A DNA stretch of 64,000 nucleotides from an uncultured Spirochaetota bacterium (GCA_963820525.1 CAWGAA010000001.1:1344001-1408000), one strand, 5' to 3'. Counted from the stretch's first letter, positions 9,207 through 19,422 are shown. Made by a program: numbers and translations. The notes: generated from the letters alone by a model not told the origin.

Positions 9207-10219
9207 CGCGGCGCAAATCCCAGGGCGGTTCCACCTCGGTTACGGCGCTCATTCTCCTGGTCCTCCTGGCGGCGGTGGCCGGCGGGGGGATCATCGTCCT
9301 TCAATCCGCCCTGTCCTATGACGCAAAGAGCGTCCGCAATAACGAGCAGAAACTTCCCCTGCAAAAAGAAGCCCAGAGGGTGATAAAGGCGCTCTGTGAC
9401 GACACGACGCCGGAGGCGGATAGCCCGCTGGACCAAGTGTGGAGCGCAATCCGCATGCCGGAAACCGATGGCGTGACCATCAAGCTCCAGGACCTGTCCA
9501 GCAACCTCAACCCCAACTGGGTGCAGAAAAACATCCTGGCGAAAACCCATCTCGGAGACCTGCTGAAGCCCGGCATCACCCCGGACGTGCTCCAGCAGCG
9601 CAGGGAGGACAAGGGCTTCTCGGTGGACCTGGCCCTGGAGTACGGGGATCTGATAAAGGAAGATGCGATCCCCAAATACTTCACGGCGTACAGCTATGCG
9701 AACATCAACGTCACAGACGAGTTCGCCCTGCGGAAGCTCTATGCGATCAGGACCGGGGACGAGCCCGGCTCAGAGGTGTTCCACGGCCACGTGCAGGAGC
9801 TCCTGGCACAGAAGAAGATCCTCAAGCCAACCGAGCTTCGCCAGTTCCTCGGCATCGACTACGACACCCTGTACCCTATGATGAACGTTGAGCCCATCAT
9901 CAACGTCCACTTCATGGACCCCATGGTTCTGAACGAGCTCCTCTCCTATCCCGACTGGAAGGTGTCCCACCCGCGGGAAAAGGCCCAGATCGTCCTGGAC
10001 TCGCGGGACCGCTCGGAATTGACAGGGGAAGAGCTGCGGCGGATAATCGGAGTCGCGGAAGACAACAGGATTCTCCAGTACCTTGGCGTGATCACGTGGT
10101 TCTGGAAGATCACCGTCTCCCGAGAGACGGCGAGCCTGGAGCTCATCGTGGCCCGGCTTCCGTCCGAAGGCGAGAGCGCTCCGCGCTTTCTCATTACAGA
10201 AGAAAGGTTTTCGCCGTGA
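9203..10219 (+). CDS. GspK-like minor pseudopilin
   Basis: RRKSQGG|STSVTALILL with no E+5; LQDLSSNLNPN, NINV and INVH motifs; 338 aa. Confidence 0.7.
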   Translation: MTRRKSQGGSTSVTALILLVLLAAVAGGGIIVLQSALSYDAKSVRNNEQKLPLQKEAQRVIKALCDDTTPEADSPLDQVWSAIRMPETDGVTIKLQDLSSNLNPNWVQKNILAKTHLGDLLKPGITPDVLQQRREDKGFSVDLALEYGDLIKEDAIPKYFTAYSYANINVTDEFALRKLYAIRTGDEPGSEVFHGHVQELLAQKKILKPTELRQFLGIDYDTLYPMMNVEPIINVHFMDPMVLNELLSYPDWKVSHPREKAQIVLDSRDRSELTGEELRRIIGVAEDNRILQYLGVITWFWKITVSRETASLELIVARLPSEGESAPRFLITEERFSP

Positions 10220-11373
10220 TCGTCCTGGGATATGCCAAGCAGAGCGGTGACGAGGTGCTCCTCCTGTCCATAGAGGACGGGCAGCCGCTTGCCGGCGCGC
10301 TCGCGCTCGATGGGTGCCTCATGTCCCGGCTCGACTTCGACGTTCAGATCCTGGAAATCCCCGTCGTTCCGGACAAGGAGGTGGAAGGCCTCATCCGCTA
10401 CCGGCTTCGAAGCATCTATCCGGGAAACCCCAGCGAAACCGCCTTCGACTACCGGCTCCAGGCCAACGGCCATCAGAGCCGCGCCGTCGTCTTCATATCC
10501 CAGAGATCGACTCTTGAGAAATACAAGAAGGCCGCCGAGCAGCGGCACCTTCTTCTCCCCTACTCCCTGACGGCGCCCCTGGCAAAAAGCGGCGCCGACA
10601 TGCGGGTCTGGTTCTGCCAGCGGGATTGGGCCGAGCTCAGCGTGTTTCGCGGTGGACTTGCCGTCTCCTCGCGCGTCCTCCAGAGAAACGAGGGAGAGCC
10701 GTTCGACATCGATGTAGCCGAAAGCGAACTGGACGCCGAGACAAAGGCTCTCCCCTGCCTGATCGTCGCCTCATCCGAGGAGATCCAGCGCCTCCAGGAG
10801 GAAATGGGAGACACCCAGGCGCGCGGCTTCACCTTGATCAGCTTCAAAAAGCTTCTTTCACAACAGAGAAAGGCCGAATGGCTCTTCAGCCCCCCGAAAC
10901 GGACGCCGTCATTTCTCAAGCCCGCAGTCAGGATGACTGCCCTGGCTGTCGCCGTGGCCGTCTTTGGGGTCCTTCTCTTCTTCAAGTACGTCGCATCCGT
11001 GGAGAGCCGCTACGAGGGGCTCAAGAAGCTCCACGCCTCCTTGGAAAAGGAGAGCGGGCGAACGCTCGCCATCCAGAAGGAAGTGGACGATCTGAGCTCC
11101 GAGCTTTCCAAGCTGCAGGCTGAAAAGCCGCAGGACCTCTACCTCTTCCTCTCCGAGCTTTCCTCGGTCCTGGGCGGCGAAGCCCAGATCCGAAGCATGA
11201 CCTTCCAGGGCGATGGTTTCCAGATAGAGGCCGTGGGGAGCAATCCCCTCAAGCTCATGGAGGGGTTCAGGAACCGTCCATCATTCGATAACGTGAAACT
11301 CTCCCAGGTTGTGCCCGACGCGCGCACGGGCAAAGAGCGTTTCTCCTTCTCGGGGGCCTTCCATGCTCGCTAA
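10216..11373 (+). CDS. GspL/PilMN-like assembly protein
   Basis: GTG start overlaps the upstream TGA; cytoplasmic domain, one TM segment, coiled coil, then a PilN-like C-terminus (FDNVKLSQ...FSFSG). Confidence 0.65.
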   Translation: MIVLGYAKQSGDEVLLLSIEDGQPLAGALALDGCLMSRLDFDVQILEIPVVPDKEVEGLIRYRLRSIYPGNPSETAFDYRLQANGHQSRAVVFISQRSTLEKYKKAAEQRHLLLPYSLTAPLAKSGADMRVWFCQRDWAELSVFRGGLAVSSRVLQRNEGEPFDIDVAESELDAETKALPCLIVASSEEIQRLQEEMGDTQARGFTLISFKKLLSQQRKAEWLFSPPKRTPSFLKPAVRMTALAVAVAVFGVLLFFKYVASVESRYEGLKKLHASLEKESGRTLAIQKEVDDLSSELSKLQAEKPQDLYLFLSELSSVLGGEAQIRSMTFQGDGFQIEAVGSNPLKLMEGFRNRPSFDNVKLSQVVPDARTGKERFSFSGAFHAR

Positions 11374-11890
11374 AAGGGAGCGTCGGCTCCTCGTAGCCTT
11401 GGGAGTTGTGGTCGCGCTCTCGCTCCTCACCATTGCCTTGATCCTGGGCATGGAGCGTCTGGGAGCCGCACGAGTGAAAGCAGCCCAGTACGAGGCGCAG
11501 ATCGCGAAGCTCTCGCGGTCCCTGCCCTCGGAATCCGATATCTCGGCGCTTCGGGAGAGCTTGAAGAAGGAGCTGGATGCCAGGAAGGCACGCTTCTACT
11601 CTCCCGATCAGATGAACCCGTACTCGTTCGGGACGCTGATCAAGAAAGAGCTGACCTCCCACGGGATCACCGTTATCCGCTACCAGGTCATCGAGATCAG
11701 GGGCAAGAGCAGCCTGGAGTTCTCCGTGTCGGGAAACGTCAAATCACTGATCCTCTTCCTCCAGGACGTCTCACGGTCCGAGAAGTACTGGACCATCTCC
11801 TCTCTTACCCTCACTATGCGGGAAGGAACAGAAAAGGTGGATGCCGTATTCAGGATTGGCTATGAAGTCCTCGATAAAAAGAACAGCTGA
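11363..11890 (+). CDS. GspM/PilO-like protein
   Basis: MLAKRERRLL followed by a TM segment, coiled coil and ferredoxin-like C-terminus (FSVSGNVKSLILFLQDV). Confidence 0.65.
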   Translation: MLAKRERRLLVALGVVVALSLLTIALILGMERLGAARVKAAQYEAQIAKLSRSLPSESDISALRESLKKELDARKARFYSPDQMNPYSFGTLIKKELTSHGITVIRYQVIEIRGKSSLEFSVSGNVKSLILFLQDVSRSEKYWTISSLTLTMREGTEKVDAVFRIGYEVLDKKNS

Positions 11891-12335
11891 AGCGATCCTC
11901 GCGCTCGCGGCGATAGGAATACTCGCCGTGCTCTTGGTCCCCTGGCCGCAGGGCAAGCTAACTATCGCTCCCGGTGGCGAGCGCGCCCAGGTTCCGCAAG
12001 CGGCTGCCGGTGACGCGCGGCGAATTGAGAGCGCTCCTCCCGACGCGCTCCTGACTCTCTTTGTAAAAAAGACCCCCGTCCCGTCCGCTCCCCGGCCCGC
12101 GCGCGCCCCAGGCTCGGTCGAGAAGAAACCCGTTGACGCGCCATGGTTGAATTACCTCGGCTATTCCAGCGGCGCCGACGGAAAGCCCCTCCATTTCTTC
12201 AAGGACACGCGCACCGGCCGCCTGATCAAGCTTTCCAAGGGCGAGACATCCGGCGGGTGGGCTCTTGTCGAGATTGGCGAAAGCAGGTTTGTTCTCAAGA
12301 ACAACGACGATCTTTATATCGTGACGAAGAGGTAG
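11862..12335 (+). CDS. Membrane-anchored protein, GspC/PilP-like by position
   Basis: N-terminal TM segment, Pro/Ala-rich linker, small beta domain (YLGY...LSKGETSGGWALVEIG). Confidence 0.5.
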   Translation: MKSSIKRTAEAILALAAIGILAVLLVPWPQGKLTIAPGGERAQVPQAAAGDARRIESAPPDALLTLFVKKTPVPSAPRPARAPGSVEKKPVDAPWLNYLGYSSGADGKPLHFFKDTRTGRLIKLSKGETSGGWALVEIGESRFVLKNNDDLYIVTKR

Positions 12336-12337
12336 AT

Positions 12338-13012
12338 ATGGGAAAAATTGCCGCTGCTTCCATGTTCTTCGCCCTGCTCCTGGCTTCCTGCGCATCCCAG
12401 GACAAGGTGGACATCATCAACTTCGACAGGTCACCCCTCTTCGGCATGGTCTATGACGACGACAACCAGCCCTGCTCCGGGGCAAAGCTGACCATCGACG
12501 GCCAGCAGGGGCCGGTAACCGACATCCGCGGCAGGTTCATCCTCCCCGACCTGAGCCGCGGCGATCATACGCTCATTGTTCAAAAAGAAGGCTTCGAGGA
12601 GCTTTCCCTAAAGTTTCAGTTCCTGAGCAAGACCGACGTGCTGTACGTCAAGACAATCTCGTTCGGGCAGCTCCTCTCCAAGGCCGAGCGCTCCCTGGAG
12701 GAAAGGAAATGGGACAACGCTGATGAATTCCTGGCCAGGGCCGAGAAGCTGAACCCTGCGGACCCCGTGCTTCTGTATCTCAGGGCCGTGGAGATGTACA
12801 AGACGGGCAAATACGACCAGGCGGTCCAGTACCTGAATACGATCATTGAAAAGGGCGTCAAAGACGCGAATGTATACCTGTTCCTGGCCGACATCTACGA
12901 GAAGAACCTGAACAATCCGGAGAAGGCGATAGAGAACCTGCAGATATATCTTGAAAAGCGGACGGACCCGGATGTGCAGAAGAGGCTGGATGGGCTGAAG
13001 GGGAAGAAGTAG
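12338..13012 (+). CDS. Lipoprotein with carboxypeptidase-regulatory-like domain and TPR repeats (possible pilotin)
   Basis: Lipobox LLASC; GMVYD...TDIRGRF..L..G.HTLIVQKEGF; helical TPR-like C-terminus; last gene of the cluster. Confidence 0.7.
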   Translation: MGKIAAASMFFALLLASCASQDKVDIINFDRSPLFGMVYDDDNQPCSGAKLTIDGQQGPVTDIRGRFILPDLSRGDHTLIVQKEGFEELSLKFQFLSKTDVLYVKTISFGQLLSKAERSLEERKWDNADEFLARAEKLNPADPVLLYLRAVEMYKTGKYDQAVQYLNTIIEKGVKDANVYLFLADIYEKNLNNPEKAIENLQIYLEKRTDPDVQKRLDGLKGKK

Positions 13013-13619
13013 CCCCGACATTCAAAGCAGTGACAATTCTTCGATTGATTCTTCAAGTATTGAGCCGACGGGGGCGAAAGGCGATTTGATACTATAATTA
13101 TTTAGTCATAAGGGCATTGTCCAGTTTATTTCTTCGTTTAATATATTCTGAAAATCCATTCAATATGTCTTTCCTCAATATGTAGACAATAAGCATAGTA
13201 ACTTCTATAATCATATCGTAGCAGTTGGTAGCATTGGTTTTAGATATAAGAGCTGAGACGAGGCAGAAGGTAAAAGTTGAACTATGAGATAATGGCCCGC
13301 TTCGCGATCACTCTAAGAGAAAGCGCCGATACTATACTCGGATTGAGAACCGCGAATCGAGAAGAATCTTCGCCAAGAATACGGATCCTCAGAAGATTAA
13401 AAGGAATCGCCACTCGTCCGCCATACCAAAAGGAAATGCTCTTTATAAAAAGATGTTATGCTCAAAGTGACAGAAATGACTGGATAGCGCAGCCCAAAGT
13501 CGCTATTGATATGATCTCCTCGGTGCAGAGCAGGAAGCGACGAAGTACGTTTGTTGATAGAGGATGATTTTGCTGTCGGTTCCGAATGTTTGGGCATGAT
13601 CTGTCTAAAGGAGGGGCCA

Positions 13620-14846
13620 TTGGCGATTCGCAATACCAGAAGCAATCGAAGCCAAATCCCTCTGCATGAAAACAGCATACAGAATAGCTTGGCGTACAGA
13701 CAACACCGCGGCCACGGCCAAAAGGGGCAGAAGACTTTCAGACTTACGCATTCACCCTTATTGCGACTCAATGCCATCTGTCCCTATTACACGATGTTCC
13801 CGCTAGAGTTTCCTCTTCTACAGCTTGCAATGGCGAAGAAAAATGAGTGGGTTCTGGATCCCTTTTGCGGTAGGGGTACTACCATTTTCGCGGCGCGGTT
13901 GCTTGGCCTTGGATGCGTCGGTATAGACAGTAATCCCCTTGCGGCCGCCATTGCTGCGGCAAAATTAGCAAAAACTAAAGCCGAAGCCGTTGTTGATTTG
14001 GCCTCCTCAATTATCGAGAAGACAAAGATGCCGGCTGAGATACCGGATGGGGATTTTTGGCGTCTTTGTTTTCACCCTAAGACATTACGCGAAATTTGCG
14101 TGCTTCGTGAACAATTATTGAGGAGATGCGTCACGCATGAAGAAATCGTATTGCGTACCCTCCTCTTGGGTATTCTCCATGGGCCGCTTCAAAAGGGGAA
14201 ACCAACCTATTTGTCAAATCAGATGCCACGCACCTATGCGACAAAACCCGCGTCCGCCATCCGTTTCTGGAAAAGAAAAGGTCTGGTAGCCCCTGCTCAT
14301 GTCGATGTCATAGACGCGATATCCAGACGAGCGGCGCATTTGCTAGTCGTGCAACCTCCACTATCCAGGGGCTCTGTATACTTAGGGGATTCAAGAGATG
14401 CCCTTCGGCTTCTTCTCCATGAGCGCAAGTTCGGATGGGTTATAACGTCACCGCCTTACTTCGGGATGCGCACTTATCGGCCCGATCAGTGGCTACGAAA
14501 CTGGTTCATTGGAGGCAAAGATCATGTGGATTACGGCCAGGAAGGTCAGCTCGCACATCACGCCGAACGCTTCGCCGCCGAGCTGGCAAGCGTGTGGAAG
14601 GCGATAGCGCCGCATTGCATGGCGGGAGCTCGGCTAATCGTCCGTTTCGGTTACCTACCGAGTATTCCCATCAATGCACGGAATCTTCTCAGCTACTCGT
14701 TGAAGTTGGCGAACGTTGGATGGCGTGCATACCGGTGGCTGGATGCAGGATCAGCAAGCAACGGAAATAGACAATCCGAGCAGTTCGGTTTTAATACTGG
14801 CTCCGCTGCTAGGGAATTGGATGTACACGCGCGTCTGGAGGCATAA
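13620..14846 (+). CDS. Amino-type DNA methyltransferase (SPPY, probably N4-cytosine; motif I-TRD-motif IV order)
   Basis: VLDPFCGRGTT (SAM binding) and ITSPPY (catalytic); in-frame TTG at 13620 preceded by an AAGGAGG SD. Confidence 0.85.
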   Translation: MAIRNTRSNRSQIPLHENSIQNSLAYRQHRGHGQKGQKTFRLTHSPLLRLNAICPYYTMFPLEFPLLQLAMAKKNEWVLDPFCGRGTTIFAARLLGLGCVGIDSNPLAAAIAAAKLAKTKAEAVVDLASSIIEKTKMPAEIPDGDFWRLCFHPKTLREICVLREQLLRRCVTHEEIVLRTLLLGILHGPLQKGKPTYLSNQMPRTYATKPASAIRFWKRKGLVAPAHVDVIDAISRRAAHLLVVQPPLSRGSVYLGDSRDALRLLLHERKFGWVITSPPYFGMRTYRPDQWLRNWFIGGKDHVDYGQEGQLAHHAERFAAELASVWKAIAPHCMAGARLIVRFGYLPSIPINARNLLSYSLKLANVGWRAYRWLDAGSASNGNRQSEQFGFNTGSAARELDVHARLEA

Positions 14847-14848
14847 TT

Positions 14849-16012
14849 ATGTTCGACCCGGATGAGTTGCCTGAACTGAAGCAGACTATAAGAATTGCAA
14901 CCATTAGGGACCGGCACCTATTGGATGATTTACGTAAAGAAGTTCGAGCTCTTGCATCGGATGTCCGAGCCATCAAACACAGATCGACGACATCTGTATC
15001 TTTGGTCGCAAGCGACGGGGGAAACAACAAACTTGTATTTGATCCATTCCATGTACAACTCGTACGTGTTGTGGATTCATACGGTGAGCAACTCTGTCTT
15101 GATGCGGTAACCCCCACAACGGATACGGATTTTCTTAGCCATGCTCAATTCCTTAATGACGGATCCCCTCGCACCGCCCTGGGCCACATGATGGCAGATT
15201 TCAAAGTAGACCCCCCTTTGCTCAGCCAGCTCAGCCACATGATTCCTGAGGGCCAAAAAACTCGTGATCATCCTGATGAAGTATCTCCTTCCTGGGTTCT
15301 GGTTTACCGCGACCTTTGCGAATGGGCAGCACTTTATGAAAGGATCTGCTACCGGAATTTCGCAACCGACACTCTACTCGTTCGAGACGGGCTTCTGAGG
15401 AGCAAGCTCTTTCGGGGCAACCACTTCATCACCTACCGTAAGCGTATTGAGGAGGCGATCGAGAGAATCCGCCAAGAGACGCGGCGAAAGGTATTCCTGG
15501 TTGGCGTCGCGAAGCATAGCAAGGTTCTGGAACGGTATAATTTGACGATTGCCTTGGAAGGAACGTTTCCACCAGGAGCACCACGATTCGTAAAGATACC
15601 TCGCGCTATCGAATCCAAAGCCTACGTGTGGCCAGAGTACGCTCGCGGTGCTGAGTATGAATCTGAAGAAGGTGAAGCACCAAAGTTTGTCGCAGGTGAT
15701 ATGTACTTTGTCAGATTTGGAGAGCGCAGCGGTGACCCTTTATGGACTGTAGATATCCTGAGCAGTCAGTCTTCTTCTTCGGCTGAGATTTTCGGTTACC
15801 TACTGGCCGACGCTATGGATGGCTTCCCCGTACCTTTTTATCCCAGATGTCTGCAAAAGGCTCATGAGTTTGCTCAAATAGTCGATTTCGACCTGGATAT
15901 TTTGCAGGACGAGGTAGTCGATGCGGTGCGCGGCTTATTGAGTGACGAGGAAATCCCCGCCCTAGAAGGCCTTCGCCTTCAAGGTGATGTTTCCGCAAGG
16001 AGGTATGGATGA
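14849..16012 (+). CDS. nurA: NurA-family nuclease
   Basis: VASDGG, LLVRDGLL, VGVAKHS and YPRCLQKAHEFA match the NurA motif series; directly upstream of herA. Confidence 0.85.
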   Translation: MFDPDELPELKQTIRIATIRDRHLLDDLRKEVRALASDVRAIKHRSTTSVSLVASDGGNNKLVFDPFHVQLVRVVDSYGEQLCLDAVTPTTDTDFLSHAQFLNDGSPRTALGHMMADFKVDPPLLSQLSHMIPEGQKTRDHPDEVSPSWVLVYRDLCEWAALYERICYRNFATDTLLVRDGLLRSKLFRGNHFITYRKRIEEAIERIRQETRRKVFLVGVAKHSKVLERYNLTIALEGTFPPGAPRFVKIPRAIESKAYVWPEYARGAEYESEEGEAPKFVAGDMYFVRFGERSGDPLWTVDILSSQSSSSAEIFGYLLADAMDGFPVPFYPRCLQKAHEFAQIVDFDLDILQDEVVDAVRGLLSDEEIPALEGLRLQGDVSARRYG

Positions 16013-18140
16013 AGCTTTTTACTGAGAGACGACGGTAGGAATTTTCCGCGGATTTAGCGAGGGCGGGCTGGAGTTCCATGCGGACCTCGTACTGCCCTAT
16101 CGCAATGAGTTTCAACGGGCTCCAATGCACGGACAATTTCTCGTCGTACAACTCGAAGACGAAGATGAGGCCGTATTGGGACGCATTACTTCAATTTTCT
16201 CGGAGGGAAGACTAGCTTCCTCGGCGGGGGAAGATTACGGCATCCGGGCAGTCTCAGAAGAGCGGCCGATCCCGGAAGACCTACGCGAGCAATACCTGAA
16301 GTATCGAGTGAATATACGGGTTCTAGGAGTGATCCGTAAGGTCGACGGGAAGCTTGTATTCGCTGCGTCTCATCGGCGCTTACCACATGTGGGTAGCAAG
16401 GTCGCGTTTCTTACCGACGAAGTGCTTCGTGAAGTAGCTGGGCATAATATCATGAACGCTGCCGAAATAGGATATTTCGCACTCGGGGAGTTTATCTATT
16501 CCGCGGATGATTCTAGACTTGCTCATGAACCCTGGATGCAGATCAGAAGCCCTGCCGTAATCCCAAAGTTCCGCGTACTTGACCTCGTGGCGCGAAGGAC
16601 ATTTGTTTTTGCGCGCGCAGGTTTTGGGAAATCAAATCTCGTCAAACTTTTATTCGCTGATCTGTATAAAAACACTCCAACGGTAGAAAAGCGAGGCGGC
16701 AGACAAGTCGCAGTGGGGACTGTAATCTTCGATCCGGAAGGAGAGTATTTTTGGCCGGACGATAAGAACCGGCCGGGCCTTTGTGATGTTCCTGAGCTGC
16801 AGGATAAAATTGTCGTCTTCACTCCTAAGCGAAGTAAAAGTCCTTATTACCAGTCCTTCGTTGCTGGGGATATCAAGCTGGATATCAGAAGGCTCCGTCC
16901 AGGCGATGTCATTTCAATAGCTCTATCGCCGGAAAAACAGGATCAACAGAACGTAAGAAAACTCAAGGGGATGAACGACACCGATTGGCACCAGCTTGTA
17001 GACCTGGTGCATAAAGAGGGCAACGCCGCAGATGGAAACACGGTCCGGCAATTGCTACGTCTTGAAGAAGGGCAAGATGCCGAGATGGTAGCAGCGCGGG
17101 CAAATATGACGACAATCGTTAGGATGCTCCACGATCCCAGCAGCCAAATGATGGATATGCTCTTGACGGCGCTGCGTGATGGAAGGCTTTGTATAATCGA
17201 TGTTTCTCAGATGCGCGGAGCTCCCGCACTAGTACTTTCCGGCTTGATCTTGAGGAGGATTTTCGACCATAACCAAGAAGAGTTCACGGAAGCGGAACCA
17301 CAGACAATCCCGGTAATCGCGGTTGTCGAAGAGGCCCAAACCGTTCTCGGGAGCAGTGGAAGCTCGGGAGAAGGCCCTTACATTTCATGGGTGAAGGAGG
17401 GAAGAAAGTACGACTTGGGAGCGGTTCTTGTCACACAGCAACCTGGATCGATCTCAAGCGAAATACTCAGCCAAGGCGATAATTGGTTTGCGTTCCATCT
17501 GCTTTCAACCGGCGATCTCAGAGCTATAAAAAATGCAAATGCACATTTCAGTGACGACATCCTATCGTCTCTTCTAAATGAACCCATCCCAGGACACGGG
17601 GTTTTTTGGAGCAGTGTTGGGGGAAAAAGCTACCCCATCCCTATCCGCGTCCTATCTTTCGAAGGCCAATACAAGGCACTGGATCTGAAATACTCAATGC
17701 CGACGGCTAATACGACCGCAAAGATTCTTCAACAGCGTTTTGCCGGCGCCCTTGCCGCAGCACTTGATTCAGCGCCACATGACACTTCAGTTACTGGTAA
17801 GGAAGAGCAGAGCCATGCCCCAGATGGAAGAGAACCAGAGCCTGACGAGAAACAAGACGCGTTGGAAACATATGCGCGTGCCGCCATGGAAAATCTGAAA
17901 TCAGATCAACGGTTCCTCGATGCCTTACGGCAGTCCGGAAAGCCGTGGCGTGCTGTACAAGAGCAATTGAAGAACGGTCTTCCAGATGTTCTTTCCGATC
18001 GAGGCGAAATCGCTCATCGGCTGGTAGTAAGGGTCATGACTGAACTCTTCGGTGAACAAAATGTCTCCTGGAAGACTGAGAAGCGGCCTTCCAAGAGTAG
18101 GCCGGGTGATTCAACGACTTGGATCGTGATTATCTCATAG
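16009..18140 (+). CDS. herA: HerA/FtsK-family ATPase (DUF87 type), frameshifted at about 16024-16030
   Basis: Walker A ARAGFGKS, IFDPEGEY, Walker B VVEEAQ, EGRKY, TQQP. The coupled ATG (16009, ATGA overlap with nurA) stops at 16036, while the main frame is open from 16026. Confidence 0.87.
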
Positions 18141-18164
18141 CTTTTATTTGACGTTCATCAAGGT

Positions 18165-18279
18165 TCAGCCCGGCGGAAGCGTTTCCGGGCTGAGCTCGCC
18201 CGTGGGGGTCGCCCCTTTCGGGGCTCCAGGGCGGGCCGCGCGGCGTCGGCTAATAGGGCCCATTAACCGGACGCCGCGC
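18165..18279. repeat. Cluster of GC-rich inverted repeats after herA (terminator/REP-like)
   Basis: tcagcccgg..ccgggctga (18165-18193); gcccc-tttc-ggggc; gcgcggcgtcggctaat..attaaccggacgccgcgc (18238-18279). Confidence 0.6.
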
Positions 18280-18750
18280 TATCGCACAAACCGGAACTTC
18301 GCCCTTCGGTGCGGCCGTCAGCTACAATACGGCTCGGCCCTCCTTGGCCTCGCCGCGGCAGGTCCGTTCCCGCCAGCGCCACTCATGCGGCTGGTGCTAG
18401 GCCGCGTCGGCCGCCCCTTCAAGGGAGGCTGAACACGTTGCAGCCTCCTTCCGCCGGGCCTGGTGGCCGTGACGGTCCGTAAACCGATACTGCCTTTTGT
18501 ATGCGGCTGGCGCGCCGACCGCACACATGAGCCGATCGTGCGGAGGGCTTTCTGTAGCGAAGAACGCGGGCAAGGACGCCCGCGAGCGATGAACGTACAG
18601 AAACCTCGTCCCCCCATGAGCGTCCCCCTCCCTGGACGACCATTGGATACCATAAAGAGGGGGAAGCCGAGAGGGTGGGTTCCATGGAGAGGGAGCGGCG
18701 GGGGGACGAGGGAAGCCCTCCGCGCGGGGTTGTGGGTTCCTTTGACGGTG

Positions 18751-19422
18751 TCACGGCATGAGCAACAAAAAAAGTAGATCGTTTGGCAACAGGCAGTAGT
18801 TCAGCATCGTTACACTTGGGCTTGTACTTCCCAAAGTCCCTCTGACCGTCATCCTTGTCGGTGGAACTACGGGCGTATTGGATTGCTCCAACAGTTCGGA
18901 AATTCCACCCTTTTGGGAAATGATTATTCTCGTCCCCAATTCATAGTTGTAGATTACATCGCCATCTCTTCTCATCAATACCAAACCAGCGGCGTCCAGT
19001 ATCTGGCCCTTTGATAGATCTACCCGGCGGACAACGCGGCCGTTTATGGTGTCCACAAAACCCGAGACAGTGGGTCGGAGGGACCGTTCGCCTTCCGCGT
19101 TCTCTTTGAGGAAGTCATTCTTGGTTGAGTATTGTACTTCCAGTCCATCTCCAGTCCATCTGATCCTTTGAGTATAATGGTACTGGTTGTTAGAATACTC
19201 CGAATTGACCGTACTGTCGCTTTTTGATATGACAAGACGCTCGAGAGCGGAACTGTCAGACCTCTGCGTCTTGACGGCGCTCGTGACGACGCCATCGTCG
19301 CCCTTTTCTATTGTCCAATCAATGCTTTCCTGGCCGCCTCGAAGGCTTATTCCAATTGTTATTGTCTCAGCAGAAAGGCAGCCTCCGATCAACACTAAAA
19401 ACAAAGCTGCGGTTGCTTTCAC
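18751..19422 (-). CDS. Secreted hypothetical protein, candidate immunity protein for the RHS toxin
   Basis: GTG start 18 nt after the RHS stop, GGGAGGG SD, N-terminal signal peptide (MKATAALFLVLIGGCLSA). Confidence 0.65.
   Translation of the reverse strand: MKATAALFLVLIGGCLSAETITIGISLRGGQESIDWTIEKGDDGVVTSAVKTQRSDSSALERLVISKSDSTVNSEYSNNQYHYTQRIRWTGDGLEVQYSTKNDFLKENAEGERSLRPTVSGFVDTINGRVVRRVDLSKGQILDAAGLVLMRRDGDVIYNYELGTRIIISQKGGISELLEQSNTPVVPPTRMTVRGTLGSTSPSVTMLNYCLLPNDLLFLLLMP

Noticed and set aside
13277..13567. 96-aa ORF as a fourth gene of the methyltransferase operon
   Set aside because: No recognisable motif or clear SD; cannot be supported without a homology search.
14849..18140. Housekeeping archaeal-type HerA-NurA repair operon
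   Set aside because: No mre11/rad50 in the window, atypical composition and coupling to a methyltransferase favour an accessory role, though a repair function is not excluded.
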